This document shows positions 8,630-17,872 of a DNA stretch of 64,000 nt, in pieces. Below the pieces are notes generated by a model, which saw only the letters and a program-made list of their open reading frames with translations, was not told the origin of the DNA and ran no database searches. Location of the stretch: positions 2,951,838-3,015,837 of the forward strand of contig OZ253555.1 in the NCBI GenBank assembly GCA_965262725.1, given 5' to 3'. The translations under genes were made by a program, and so were the position numbers. The DNA comes from Dehalococcoidia bacterium (GTDB lineage Bacteria > Chloroflexota > Dehalococcoidia > UBA2979). Each line of letters opens with the position of its first letter. Within the stretch, counting starts at the first letter, position 1.

Positions 8630-9921
8630 CGGTCGAGGGCAGAGGGGCGATCGTGGCGGAGCCTCGCACCAGCGGACGGACGGCGGCGACGCGGCGGCCG
8701 CTCCGCATCGGCGTCCCCGAGGCAATCGAGGAGTTCCGCGCCGGGCGGCCGATCATCATCGTCGACGACGAGGACCGCGAGAACGAGGGCGACATCGCCG
8801 TCCCCGCGCAGTTCTGCACGCCCGACATCGTCAACTTCATGGCGACGCACGCGCGCGGGCTGATCTGCGTGCCGCTCGCCGACGAGTCGGTGGACCGGCT
8901 GAGGCTCCCGATGATGACGCGCCGCAACACGAGCTCGCTCGGCACGGCCTTCACCATCAGCGTCGAGGCGGCGCGCGGGATCACCACCGGGATCTCCGCG
9001 CGCGACCGGGCTCGCACCATCGAGGTGCTCGCCGACCCCACGTCGCAGCCGGCCGACCTGGTGAGGCCGGGCCACATCTTCCCGCTGCGCGCCCGCACCG
9101 GCGGCGTTCTGGTCCGCGCCGGCCAGACCGAGGCCTCGGTCGACCTCTGCCGGCTCGCCGGCCTCGAGCCGGCCGCCGTGATCTGTGAAGTGATGCGAGC
9201 CGACGGCGAGATGGCACGCATGCCCGATCTCCAGCGCCTCGCGCGGCGCCACGACCTCAAGATCATCACCGTCGCCGACATCATCGCCTACCGGATGGAG
9301 AACGAGCGGCTCATCGAGCGGGTCGACGAGGCGGTGCTCCCGACGGCGTTCGGCGACTTCCGCGCGGTCGCCTTCCGCACGCTGATCGACCAGAAGGAGC
9401 ACATCGCCCTGGTCATGGGCGAGATCGCTGCCGACACGCCTCTCCTGGTGCGCGTCCACGACCAGTGCGTGACCGGCGACGCCTTCGGATCGCAGCGCTG
9501 CGACTGCGGCGAGCAGCTCGAGTTCGCGATGCGCACGATCGCGGAGGCGGGGCACGGCGTCTTCCTCTACATGGACCAGGAGGGGCGCGGTATCGGGCTG
9601 CACAACAAGATTCGCGCCTATCGCCTGCAGGACGAAGGCCTCGACACGGTGCAGGCGAACGAGGCGCTCGGCCTTCCCGTCGACCGCCGCGACTACGGCA
9701 TCGGTTGCCAGATCCTCGTCGATCTCGGAGTCCGGCGGATGCGGCTGATGACGAACAACCCGCAGAAGCGCGCAGGGCTCGAGGGATACGGACTCGTGGT
9801 CGAGCAGCGCGTGCCGATTGAGATCGAGCCCAACGCCCACAACCTCCACTACCTCAGGACGAAGCGCGACAAGATGGGCCACTTGCTCGCCGAGCGGCTC
9901 GGCAGCGACCGGCCCGGCTAA
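8626..9921 (+). CDS. ribBA: bifunctional 3,4-dihydroxy-2-butanone-4-phosphate synthase / GTP cyclohydrolase II
   Basis: DHBP synthase RAGRPIIIVDDEDRENEGD. GCHII zinc motif CDCGEQ plus NKIRAYRLQDEG. Confidence 0.9.
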   Translation: MTVEGRGAIVAEPRTSGRTAATRRPLRIGVPEAIEEFRAGRPIIIVDDEDRENEGDIAVPAQFCTPDIVNFMATHARGLICVPLADESVDRLRLPMMTRRNTSSLGTAFTISVEAARGITTGISARDRARTIEVLADPTSQPADLVRPGHIFPLRARTGGVLVRAGQTEASVDLCRLAGLEPAAVICEVMRADGEMARMPDLQRLARRHDLKIITVADIIAYRMENERLIERVDEAVLPTAFGDFRAVAFRTLIDQKEHIALVMGEIAADTPLLVRVHDQCVTGDAFGSQRCDCGEQLEFAMRTIAEAGHGVFLYMDQEGRGIGLHNKIRAYRLQDEGLDTVQANEALGLPVDRRDYGIGCQILVDLGVRRMRLMTNNPQKRAGLEGYGLVVEQRVPIEIEPNAHNLHYLRTKRDKMGHLLAERLGSDRPG

Positions 9922-9922
9922 C

Positions 9923-10447
9923 ATGCCCGCCCCCGGACAGGAGAACGCCGCGCTTCGCCTCGCCCTCGTCGTCTCGCGCTACCACGAGGCGGTGACGAGC
10001 GCGCTGCGCAGAGGCGCGGAGGCGGCGGCCCGGGAGCGCGGCGTCGCGCCCGAGGCGCTCTTCGTGGTGGAGGTGCCCGGCGCCTTCGAGCTCCCCGTCG
10101 CCGCGCGCCGACTCGCCTCCAGCCGCTGCTACGAGGCGATCGTCTGCGTCGGCGCCGTGGTGCGCGGCGGAACGCCTCACTTCGACTACGTCGCCGGCGA
10201 GGCGGCGCGCGGCATCGCGGAGGTGGCGCGCGACTTCACGCTCCCGGTAACGTTCGGGCTCATTACCGCCGACACGGCGCGGCAGGCACGCGAGCGTGCG
10301 CGCGGTGCCGGGAGCGGGTGGACGGGCAACAAGGGGCACGAGGCGATGGGCGCCGCCATCGAGATGGCGCTCTTCTTCCGGGAGATCGACGCAGCGGCCG
10401 GAAGACGAGCGCTGAGCGCTCCCGAGCCCGCCGGGGAGGACCGCTGA
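9923..10447 (+). CDS. ribH: 6,7-dimethyl-8-ribityllumazine synthase
   Basis: Internal ATG (MPAPGQENAALRLALVVSRYHE...) of ORF 9818..10447; lumazine synthase fold motifs. Confidence 0.9.
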   Translation: MPAPGQENAALRLALVVSRYHEAVTSALRRGAEAAARERGVAPEALFVVEVPGAFELPVAARRLASSRCYEAIVCVGAVVRGGTPHFDYVAGEAARGIAEVARDFTLPVTFGLITADTARQARERARGAGSGWTGNKGHEAMGAAIEMALFFREIDAAAGRRALSAPEPAGEDR

Positions 10448-10866
10448 TGAACTGGTGGTCGCGCAAGGACGCGAGCGGCGGCGAAAGCCTCGATCACACG
10501 GCGCACGACGCCGTGCGGCTCGCCCACCGCGCGCTGGAGCGTTTCCCCCTCGTCGTCGCCCGCCACCGTTACGTGGCCGGCGGTGCGGCCATCTCCTCCG
10601 CGCTCGTCGTGCTCGCCGGCGTCGCCATCGCGCGCCGCATGCGTGCCGGCCAGAGCGCCGACGAAGCGATCGCGACTCTGACCGAGGACGAGATCGAGGG
10701 CCGCACGCGCTACCGCCTCGAGGACGACGTCGCCGAGGCGCTCGAGCAGGCCGGCGCCGACGAGGCGCTGCCGGCCGACGGCGCGGAGGAAGCGTTGGCG
10801 AAGCCCCCCGGGACCGCGCTGGACGAGGCACCGAGCGCCGAGCCGGCCGCAGAAGCCCCTCGCTAG
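10447..10866 (+). CDS. conserved small membrane protein downstream of ribH (single TM, acidic C-terminus)
   Basis: TGATG coupling to ribH. TM AAISSALVVLAGVAIA. The ribH-membrane protein synteny is known from Mycobacterium (Rv1417-like). Confidence 0.5.
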   Translation: MNWWSRKDASGGESLDHTAHDAVRLAHRALERFPLVVARHRYVAGGAAISSALVVLAGVAIARRMRAGQSADEAIATLTEDEIEGRTRYRLEDDVAEALEQAGADEALPADGAEEALAKPPGTALDEAPSAEPAAEAPR

Positions 10867-10884
10867 AGACGCGGCATCCGGCCG

Positions 10885-12240
10885 TTGAGGGGCGCCGGCC
10901 GGACGCCCGAGGATCCCGCCATGCCGGAGCGAGGCGGAAGGCGGACCGGGGCCGCGAGCCCGGCCGCGCCGCGCCTTCCGCGCCGCGTCGCGCACGTCGA
11001 TCTCGACACGTTCTTTGTCTCGGTCGAGCGCGTGAGGGACCCCTCGCTCTCCGGCAAGCCGGTGCTCGTGGGCGGTGCGGGCGGGCGTGGCGTGGTCGCA
11101 AGCGCCTCCTACGAGTCGCGCCGCTACGGCTGCCGCTCGGCTCAGCCGATGGTGCAGGCGCTCCGCCTCTGTCCCGATGCGATCGTGGTGCCCCCCCACC
11201 CCGACCTCTACCGGGAGGCGTCCGAGGCCTTCCACGCCATCCTGCGCGACTGCTCTCCGCTCGTGGAGTCGGCGGGCCTCGACGAGGCCTACCTCGACCT
11301 CACGGGCATCGGCGGGCCGGGGACGGAGGTCACGGGCGAGCGCTTCGCGATCGCGGGTGCCTGCGCGCGTGTCCGCGGCGAGCTGCGGCTTCCGGTTTCC
11401 GCCTGCGTCGCCGGGAGCCGCACGGCGGCGAAGGTCGGCTCCGACCGCGCGAAGCCCGACGGCCTCGTCGTTGTGGAGCCGAACGGGGACGCCGCCTTCC
11501 TCGCCCCGGTTCCGGTGCGCGAACTGCCGATGGTGGGGCCGCGGATGGCTGAGGAGCTGGCAGCGAGCGGTGTGGTGACGATCGGCGAGCTCGCCGCCCT
11601 CGACAGGCGCTGGCTCCAGCTTCGCTTCGGTCGGGTCGGCGCGGCGGTGCACGACCGCGCGCGCGGCCTCGACCCCGCGCCGGTCCGCGGCGACCGCCGA
11701 CCGGCGCGCTCCATCTCCCGCGAGGTCACCTTCGGCACCGACGTCCTCGATCACGCCACGCTCCGCCGCACGATCGCACGGCACGCCGAGCGGGTGGGGC
11801 ACGACCTCCGCACCGGCGGCCGGCGCGCCCGCACCGTGACGCTGAAGCTCCGCTGGAGCGACTTCCACACGCTCACCCGCAGCCGCACGCTGGAACGACC
11901 CACACACGCGACGCGCGCGCTCGCTACGGCCGGCGAGGAGCTGCTGGACGGCATCCTGGCGCAGCAGGGGCGCCGGGGGGTGCGGCTCATCGGCCTCGCC
12001 GCGAGCAACCTCGTCGGCGAGGAGCTCCAGCTCGGATTCGACGACGTAGACGAGGCCGCCGCCGCACCGGGTGCGGCCTCCGCCCGCGAGGAGCAACTCG
12101 ACCGCGCGCTCGACGCCATTCGCGGCCGCCACGGCGACTCCGCCGTGACGCGCGGCCTACCCCCAGACGACGGCGCGGGCGAGCAGGGTCCCGGCGGCGC
12201 GCGGCCCGGGCACCCCGACGCGAGCGGCGCCCGCGGATGA
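10885..12240 (+). CDS. dinB: DNA polymerase IV (Y-family)
   Basis: VAHVDLDTFFVSVE and SLDEAYLDLT motifs; 451 aa. The start may be the ATG about 36 nt downstream. Confidence 0.85.
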   Translation: MRGAGRTPEDPAMPERGGRRTGAASPAAPRLPRRVAHVDLDTFFVSVERVRDPSLSGKPVLVGGAGGRGVVASASYESRRYGCRSAQPMVQALRLCPDAIVVPPHPDLYREASEAFHAILRDCSPLVESAGLDEAYLDLTGIGGPGTEVTGERFAIAGACARVRGELRLPVSACVAGSRTAAKVGSDRAKPDGLVVVEPNGDAAFLAPVPVRELPMVGPRMAEELAASGVVTIGELAALDRRWLQLRFGRVGAAVHDRARGLDPAPVRGDRRPARSISREVTFGTDVLDHATLRRTIARHAERVGHDLRTGGRRARTVTLKLRWSDFHTLTRSRTLERPTHATRALATAGEELLDGILAQQGRRGVRLIGLAASNLVGEELQLGFDDVDEAAAAPGAASAREEQLDRALDAIRGRHGDSAVTRGLPPDDGAGEQGPGGARPGHPDASGARG

Positions 12241-12351
12241 TCCGCGGGTGACCGGGGGCGCCGGTCCCGGCCCTCCGCCACCGCCGTTGTCGACGCCCGC
12301 GGCAGCGAAGTAAGGTGAATCTCTCACCCGCCCGGGAGATTTGAGAGTTTC

Positions 12352-13470
12352 ATGGTCGAGCGACGGCGCGGTCCCGGCTCGCAATCGACGGATCCTCCGG
12401 GGCCGGGCGCGGCGTCCGGCCAGGACGCGGGTCGCGACCGGGAGGAGCGCCTCCCCGCGACGCGCTGGGTGAACGTCGCGCGCGCCTGCGAGGTGCTCGG
12501 CGTCAACGAGTCGACGGTGCGCCGCTGGGCCGACGCCGGACAGATCCGCTGCTTCCGCACGCCGGGCGGCCACCGCCGCTTCTCGGAACGCGAGCTCCTC
12601 GACCTCGTGGAGGGAGGGAGCAGCGGCCGACGCCGCGATCTCAAGGAAGCCGCGGTCAGCCGTATCCGCCGCGAGCTCTCCTCCGGGCACCGCGACGCCG
12701 GCTGGTACGAGGAGATGGCGACGGACGAGCGCGAGACGCTCCGGCCGCTCGGCCGCCGGCTCGTCGAACTCGTCGACGACGACATCGCCCGCCGCGCCCC
12801 GCACGCGGAGATCGAGCGCGAGGTCGACGCCATCGGCGAGCGCTACGGCCAGGTGCTCTTCGAGCGCGGGATGCCGCTCTCGCAGGCGATCGAGGCCTTC
12901 ACCTTCTTCCGCCGCTCACTCGACGAAGCGGCGAAGCGACTCGCCGAGCGGCAGCGCATGGGCGCCTTCGAGGCCGCCCGCGCCCGCGAGCAGATCGCCC
13001 AGCTCGCCGACCGCGTGCTGCGCGGGGTCAGCGCCGCCTACGACGACGCAAGGGTCGCCCCCTCCCGTCGACCGCGGGGAGGCGCGGCGGATGAGCCCGC
13101 CGGCGCGGCGCGCGAGCCGGTCTCCTCCCACGCGATCTTCCTGGAGCTTCGCGGCCGGCGCGTGCTGCTCGTGGGAGGAGGCCGCGCCGCCGCCGAGCAC
13201 GTGGGGACGCTGTGGGACGCCGGCGCCGACGTGACCATCCTCGCGCCCGAGATCGATGAGACGCTGGGGAGCCACGTGCGGGAGGGGCGCGCCCGGTGGA
13301 CACCACGGGCGTTCGCGCCGGGCGACAGGGCGGGCTTCGACGTGGTGATGGTCGTCGACGACGGTGCGGTTGATGCAGGTGTGGCGGTCGAGGTGCGATC
13401 CCTCGGCATCTGGGTGAACGCGGGCGGCGTCGCAGCCGACGACCCGGCCGCCGTTCGGGAGGAACGCTGA
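12352..13470 (+). CDS. fusion protein: excisionase/MerR-type HTH + central domain + siroheme-synthase N-terminal (precorrin-2 dehydrogenase-like) Rossmann domain
   Basis: N-terminal WVNVARACEVLGVNESTVRRWADAGQIRCFRTPGGHRRFSERELLDL (HTH_17-like). C-terminal FLELRGRRVLLVGGGRAAAEHVGTLWDAGADVTILAPEI...FAPGDRAGFDVVMVVDD matches the CysG/Met8 N-domain. The stop is 2 nt before the hemC start. Confidence 0.7.
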   Translation: MVERRRGPGSQSTDPPGPGAASGQDAGRDREERLPATRWVNVARACEVLGVNESTVRRWADAGQIRCFRTPGGHRRFSERELLDLVEGGSSGRRRDLKEAAVSRIRRELSSGHRDAGWYEEMATDERETLRPLGRRLVELVDDDIARRAPHAEIEREVDAIGERYGQVLFERGMPLSQAIEAFTFFRRSLDEAAKRLAERQRMGAFEAARAREQIAQLADRVLRGVSAAYDDARVAPSRRPRGGAADEPAGAAREPVSSHAIFLELRGRRVLLVGGGRAAAEHVGTLWDAGADVTILAPEIDETLGSHVREGRARWTPRAFAPGDRAGFDVVMVVDDGAVDAGVAVEVRSLGIWVNAGGVAADDPAAVREER

Positions 13471-13472
13471 GC

Positions 13473-14447
13473 ATGGCCCGAAGGGCGTCGGCCGGGAGGC
13501 CCGCCCCGGCATTCCCCGGTCCGCCGGCGAGGCGCGAACCGCTGCGCATCGCCTCCCCCAGATCGCGCCTCGCCCGGGCGCGGGCAGAGGTCGGCGCCGC
13601 GGCGCTGGCCCGGGCGTCCGATCCGGTGTCCGCCACGATCGTCACCATCGAGACCGGGTGCAACCGCGACCGCACCGCGCCCCTCGCCGCGGACGGGGAC
13701 TGCGGCCTCCACGTGCAGGCGGTGCGGCAGGCCCTGCTCGACGGACGCGCCGACCTCGCCGTGCACTCGATTACAGAGGCCGCCGAACCCGCCGCCCCGA
13801 TCGCGCTCGGCGCCGTCCTGCCGCGCGGCGACCCCCGCGACGCGCTCGTCGCCTCCGGGGGCCGGCGCCTCGCCGAACTCCCGGCGGGCGCCCGCGTCGG
13901 GACCGGCTCGCGTCGAGGCGCCTCGCTGCTGCGGGCGCTCCGGCCCGACCTCGTGACCGTCGACGCGCCGGGCGATGTCGACACCAGGCTCCGCCTCGTC
14001 GCGGAGGGACGCTACGACGCGATGCTGCTCGCGCTCGCCGGGCTCGTGCTCGTCGGCCGGGCGGGGGAGGCGACGCAGATCTTCGACGCGAGCGAGTTCG
14101 TGCCGGCTCCGGGGCAGGGCGCGATCGCGATCGAGTGCCGCGCCGACGATCTGCGCGTGCTTGAGCTGCTCGCCCCCCTCGACCACCCGGCGACCAGGGC
14201 CGCCGTGGCGGCGGAGCAGGGCGTGGTGGAAGCGCTGGGGGGCGGCGGCGTCCTCCCTGTCGGCGCGCTCGCCACCGTGGAGGGCGAGCTCGTCTCGCTG
14301 CGGGCGATGCTCGCCGACACCGAGGGCGCACCTCCGCTCGTCGGCGACGCCGCCGGCCACGCGGCGGAGGCCGCTCAGATCGGGCGGGGCCTCGGCCGGC
14401 AACTGCGTGAGGCCGTCGACATGCGCGGCTCGGCGGCCAAGCGGTGA
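13473..14447 (+). CDS. hemC: hydroxymethylbilane synthase (porphobilinogen deaminase)
   Basis: LRIASPRSRLA, ADLAVHS, PAPGQGAIAIECRADD motifs. Confidence 0.85.
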   Translation: MARRASAGRPAPAFPGPPARREPLRIASPRSRLARARAEVGAAALARASDPVSATIVTIETGCNRDRTAPLAADGDCGLHVQAVRQALLDGRADLAVHSITEAAEPAAPIALGAVLPRGDPRDALVASGGRRLAELPAGARVGTGSRRGASLLRALRPDLVTVDAPGDVDTRLRLVAEGRYDAMLLALAGLVLVGRAGEATQIFDASEFVPAPGQGAIAIECRADDLRVLELLAPLDHPATRAAVAAEQGVVEALGGGGVLPVGALATVEGELVSLRAMLADTEGAPPLVGDAAGHAAEAAQIGRGLGRQLREAVDMRGSAAKR

Positions 14448-14642
14448 ACGGCGAGGGAGAGGCTACCGCGGCCTCCGCCAACTGCGGGCGCATCTCTCCG
14501 GTCCGAGCGGAGTCCGCGGCAGCCCCGGATCCTCGAGATGGGGGGACCTCCGAACGGACCGGGGCGGGGCTGGTCGCCGCGCTCGGGTCCTCCCTACACT
14601 CTGCGGGGCCGTGATCAGCGGCCGCGCGAAGGAGGCAAGACG

Positions 14643-15434
14643 GTGGCCGCGCAGGCGGTGAGCGAGCTCACCCCCCTCGGCGACGGCGCACCGATCCGCG
14701 CCGTCGTCTTCGACGCCTACGGCACGATCTTCCGCTTCTCGGACACGGAGCACCGCCTGCTGGTCGCCTCGCTCCTGGCGGAGCAGGGCCTGGAAGCGGA
14801 TCTCGACGCCTTCGTCGAGAGCCTGACGAAGTCCTTCCACCGCGTCGGCCCCTGGGCGGAGCACACGCGCAAGGACGGCTCGGCCGACCGCGACCAGATG
14901 GTTGCGGGCCCCCTCCCCCCGTGGATCTCAACGTGGGAGATCTGGCGGCGCCAGTACGAGCACGCATTCCGGGAGCACGGCCTCGCAGGGAACGCCGCGG
15001 CCGCCGCCGATCGGCAGCGCCTCCTCCTCACCGAGGCCGACCCGTACGCGGACGCGCACGCCGCAATCGAGGACCTCGCGGCGCGGGGGCTGCTGGTGGG
15101 TCTTCTCTCCAACGCGGACGATGACTTCCTGCAGAGCGCGATCACGCGCGCGAGGCTCCGGTTCTCGGTGATCGCGTCGTCCGAGTCGCTCGGCGCCTAC
15201 AAACCCCACCGGGCGGTCTTCGACGCGCTCTGCGAGCGCCTCCGCTGCGCCCCCGCCGAGGTGCTCTACGTCGGCGACTCGCCGCATGCCGACGTCCACG
15301 GCGCGAAGCATGCAGGGCTTCGCGCGGCGTGGGTGCGGCGCGCCACGGTTTCCGAGTACCCGGAGGGCATCCCGCGGGCCGACGTCGAGCTCGGCTCGCT
15401 GCGCGAACTGTCGGACCTTGGGGGCCTCGCGTAG
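14643..15434 (+). CDS. HAD-family hydrolase
   Basis: GTG start preceded by GAAGGAGG. Motifs VVFDAYGTIF (motif I), LLSNADDDF, YKP, YVGDSPHADVHGAKHAGL. Confidence 0.75.
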   Translation: MAAQAVSELTPLGDGAPIRAVVFDAYGTIFRFSDTEHRLLVASLLAEQGLEADLDAFVESLTKSFHRVGPWAEHTRKDGSADRDQMVAGPLPPWISTWEIWRRQYEHAFREHGLAGNAAAAADRQRLLLTEADPYADAHAAIEDLAARGLLVGLLSNADDDFLQSAITRARLRFSVIASSESLGAYKPHRAVFDALCERLRCAPAEVLYVGDSPHADVHGAKHAGLRAAWVRRATVSEYPEGIPRADVELGSLRELSDLGGLA

Positions 15435-15502
15435 GCACGCGGCGGCGCGGCCAGACACGCTGCCGGGGCGATTCGGGGAGGCGAGGCGAGGCGTGCGTGT
15501 CG

Positions 15503-15532
15503 TTGCGACGCACTTGTGCCTGCCCCTATACT
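15503..15532 (+). promoter_or_regulatory. sigma-70-like promoter candidate TTGCGA-N18-TATACT upstream of dnaN
   Basis: Read directly from the sequence; it is followed by a perfect 10-bp palindrome GCGCATGCGC at about 15552..15561. Confidence 0.4.
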
Positions 15533-15586
15533 CAGGGATGCTCGCGAAAGCGCGCATGCGCATGAGCGAATAGACCGAGGCGCACG

Positions 15587-16723
15587 ATGCGACTCAGTTG
15601 CCAGCAGGAAGATCTCAACCGGGGGCTCTCTGCGGTCTCCCGAGCGATTCCGGCGCGCACGACACTGCCCATCACGAATCACATCCTGCTCGAGGCGAAG
15701 GACGACTCGATCACGCTCAGCGCGACCGACGCCGAGACGATCGCGATCACGTACACGATCCGCGGGGAGGTCCTCTCGCCGGGATCGCTGACCCTCCCCT
15801 CACGGCTGCTCTCGGAGTTTGTCGGTTCACTCCCTGCGTCGCGGATCGACATGACACTCGCCGAGCGCTCGCGGCAGGTGCACCTCTCGTGCTCGAGGAA
15901 CGAGGCGTCTATCGGCGGCATGGACCCCGAGGAGTTCCCTCCGATCCCGCCGGTCTCCGACCTGCCGGCACTTCGCATCCCGGCGGCAGGGCTGCGGCGC
16001 GCCCTTAGCCAGGTGGTCTTCGCTGCCGCCACCGACGACGCGCGTCCCGTGTTGACGGGCGTCCAGCTCGCCATCAGCGGCAAGAAGATCTTGCTCGCTG
16101 CGGCCGACGGCTTCCGGCTCTCCGTCCATACCCTCGATCTTCCCGAGGAGACCGAGGAGCGCACGGCGATCGTGCCAGCCAGAGCCCTCGGCGAGTTGCT
16201 GAGGTTGCTGCCGGAGGCCGGCGACGAGACGGTGGCCGTGACCTTCAACACGTCTGGCCGTCAGGCGCAGTTCGATCTCGGTCATGCCACCCTCGTCGCG
16301 CAGCTCATCGAGGGCACGTTCCCGAACTACGAGCAGCTGATCCCGCCGAACCACAACACGCGCACCGAGGTGCTGCTGGACGAGTTCATGCGTGAGGCGC
16401 GCATCGCCTCCATCTTCGCGCGAGACGGCTCGGGCATCGTGCGGCTGGTCGCCAGCGAGGGGGAGCACGGGCAACCGGGGCGCCTCCTGATCAGCGCCCG
16501 CGCCGAGGAGATCGGCACGAATGAGGGCGAGATCGATGGAATAGTCGAGGGCGACGAGGCGAAGATCGCCTTCAACGGCCGCTACCTCACTGACATTCTG
16601 CAGGTGGTCGGCACGGAGCGGGTCGCGCTCGAGACCTCATCCCCATCCAGCCCCGGCGTGTTCCGCCCGGTCGGCGACGACTCCTTCGTCCACGTCGTCA
16701 TGCCTATGTTCGTGCAATGGTGA
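15587..16723 (+). CDS. dnaN: DNA polymerase III beta subunit (sliding clamp), not in an oriC (dnaA-recF-gyrB) context
   Basis: Three-domain beta-clamp, 378 aa (MRLSCQQEDLNRGLSAVSRAIPARTTLPITNHILLEAKDDSITL...). The gene is visibly lower in GC than its flanks. Confidence 0.9.
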   Translation: MRLSCQQEDLNRGLSAVSRAIPARTTLPITNHILLEAKDDSITLSATDAETIAITYTIRGEVLSPGSLTLPSRLLSEFVGSLPASRIDMTLAERSRQVHLSCSRNEASIGGMDPEEFPPIPPVSDLPALRIPAAGLRRALSQVVFAAATDDARPVLTGVQLAISGKKILLAAADGFRLSVHTLDLPEETEERTAIVPARALGELLRLLPEAGDETVAVTFNTSGRQAQFDLGHATLVAQLIEGTFPNYEQLIPPNHNTRTEVLLDEFMREARIASIFARDGSGIVRLVASEGEHGQPGRLLISARAEEIGTNEGEIDGIVEGDEAKIAFNGRYLTDILQVVGTERVALETSSPSSPGVFRPVGDDSFVHVVMPMFVQW

Positions 16724-17178
16724 TTATGTCTAGTAGACTGGCTTGCCCCCCACTGCCCGACGACTCACGAACCGCCCCCCCCCGCCCTGGGTATGACCGC
16801 GCCGACGACCCGAGCGCCCGCGATGTGCGGGGCGCTGGCCGCGTACGCCTGGGCAATGAGGTTCGCGCAGAGACAGACAGCGCCAGCACCGCTTTCGAAT
16901 GGTCGGATCGGGGTGGAGGCCCGCCCCGGAAGGACGCAGAGCAGCGTCCACCAGCATGCTGTAGAGGCGGAAGCCCCAAGCCCGCGACAGATATCCGGCG
17001 ACAGCTTCTTCTGACAGCGGACCAGTACGCCCAATCGGCGTCCCAACCGAGGTCGTAGAGCAGGGCCTAGCCGTGCAAGTCGGCCGGGTCTCGGGGCTGG
17101 CCGAGCGCCTTGAGGAGGGCCGGGTCCTGCGAGACTCTCTTCGTGCTCCCAGCCGCTGGATTGATGTAGACTTACATC

Positions 17179-17430
17179 ATGAGTCATCGCACGCAGATCA
17201 CGCTGACCGATGAGCAATATGCGCGGCTACGCGAGGAGTCCCGGCGCTCCGGCCTCGGCCTCGCGGAACTCGTTCGGCGGGCGCTTGAGCGCAACTACGG
17301 GACGTCTTCCAGTGCGGAGGTGCTGAGCGCCCTCGACGCGAGCTTCGACTCCTGGGCGGACCGCGACTTTGACGGCGCGAGCTACGTCGAGGGGCTTCGT
17401 CGCGGCATGTCTCGCCGACGGGCGGGCTGA
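17179..17430 (+). CDS. vapB: ribbon-helix-helix (CopG/VapB-like) antitoxin
   Basis: 83 aa, RHH N-terminus ITLTDEQYARLREESRRSGLGLAELVRRAL. ATGA overlap with the downstream PIN gene. Confidence 0.8.
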   Translation: MSHRTQITLTDEQYARLREESRRSGLGLAELVRRALERNYGTSSSAEVLSALDASFDSWADRDFDGASYVEGLRRGMSRRRAG

Positions 17431-17810
17431 TGGCGATCATCGTCGACACGTCGGTGCTGATCGACCACCTGCGAGGTGAGGAAGCGGCTCGCGCAGCGCT
17501 TCGCGGCGCCACGGCCGCCGGCGAACGGCTCGCGGCTTCCGTACTCACCAAAGTCGAGGTGCTGGCCGGGATGCGAGTCCCGGAGGAGCGCGCCACGCGT
17601 CGCCTGTTGGACAGCCTCGACTGGATCGAAGTCGATGACGAGCTCGCCGAACGCGCCGGCGTGCTGGCCAACCGGTTTCTGCCGTCGCACCCCGGGGTCG
17701 ATCCGGTCGACTACGTGATTGCCGCGACCGCCGAACTCCTCGACGCCCGGCTCTGGACCCGCAACGTCCGCCACTTCCCGATGTTCCCGCAGCTCGAATC
17801 TCCGTACTGA
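17430..17810 (+). CDS. vapC: PIN-domain toxin
   Basis: MAIIVDTSVLIDHL start and conserved acidic residues; 126 aa. Confidence 0.85.
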   Translation: MAIIVDTSVLIDHLRGEEAARAALRGATAAGERLAASVLTKVEVLAGMRVPEERATRRLLDSLDWIEVDDELAERAGVLANRFLPSHPGVDPVDYVIAATAELLDARLWTRNVRHFPMFPQLESPY

Positions 17811-17872
17811 GACGTTGTTCGGCGATCCCCCGAGTCTGCCCGTTGAGGCGTGCTCGTGTGGACCGAGGAGGT

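Noticed and set aside
10866-10885. Hairpin CCGGCCG-N11-CGGCCGG after the rib operon as a terminator
   Set aside because: The stem is GC-rich but there is no U-tract. dinB starts 8 nt later, so it is more likely just local palindromic GC sequence.
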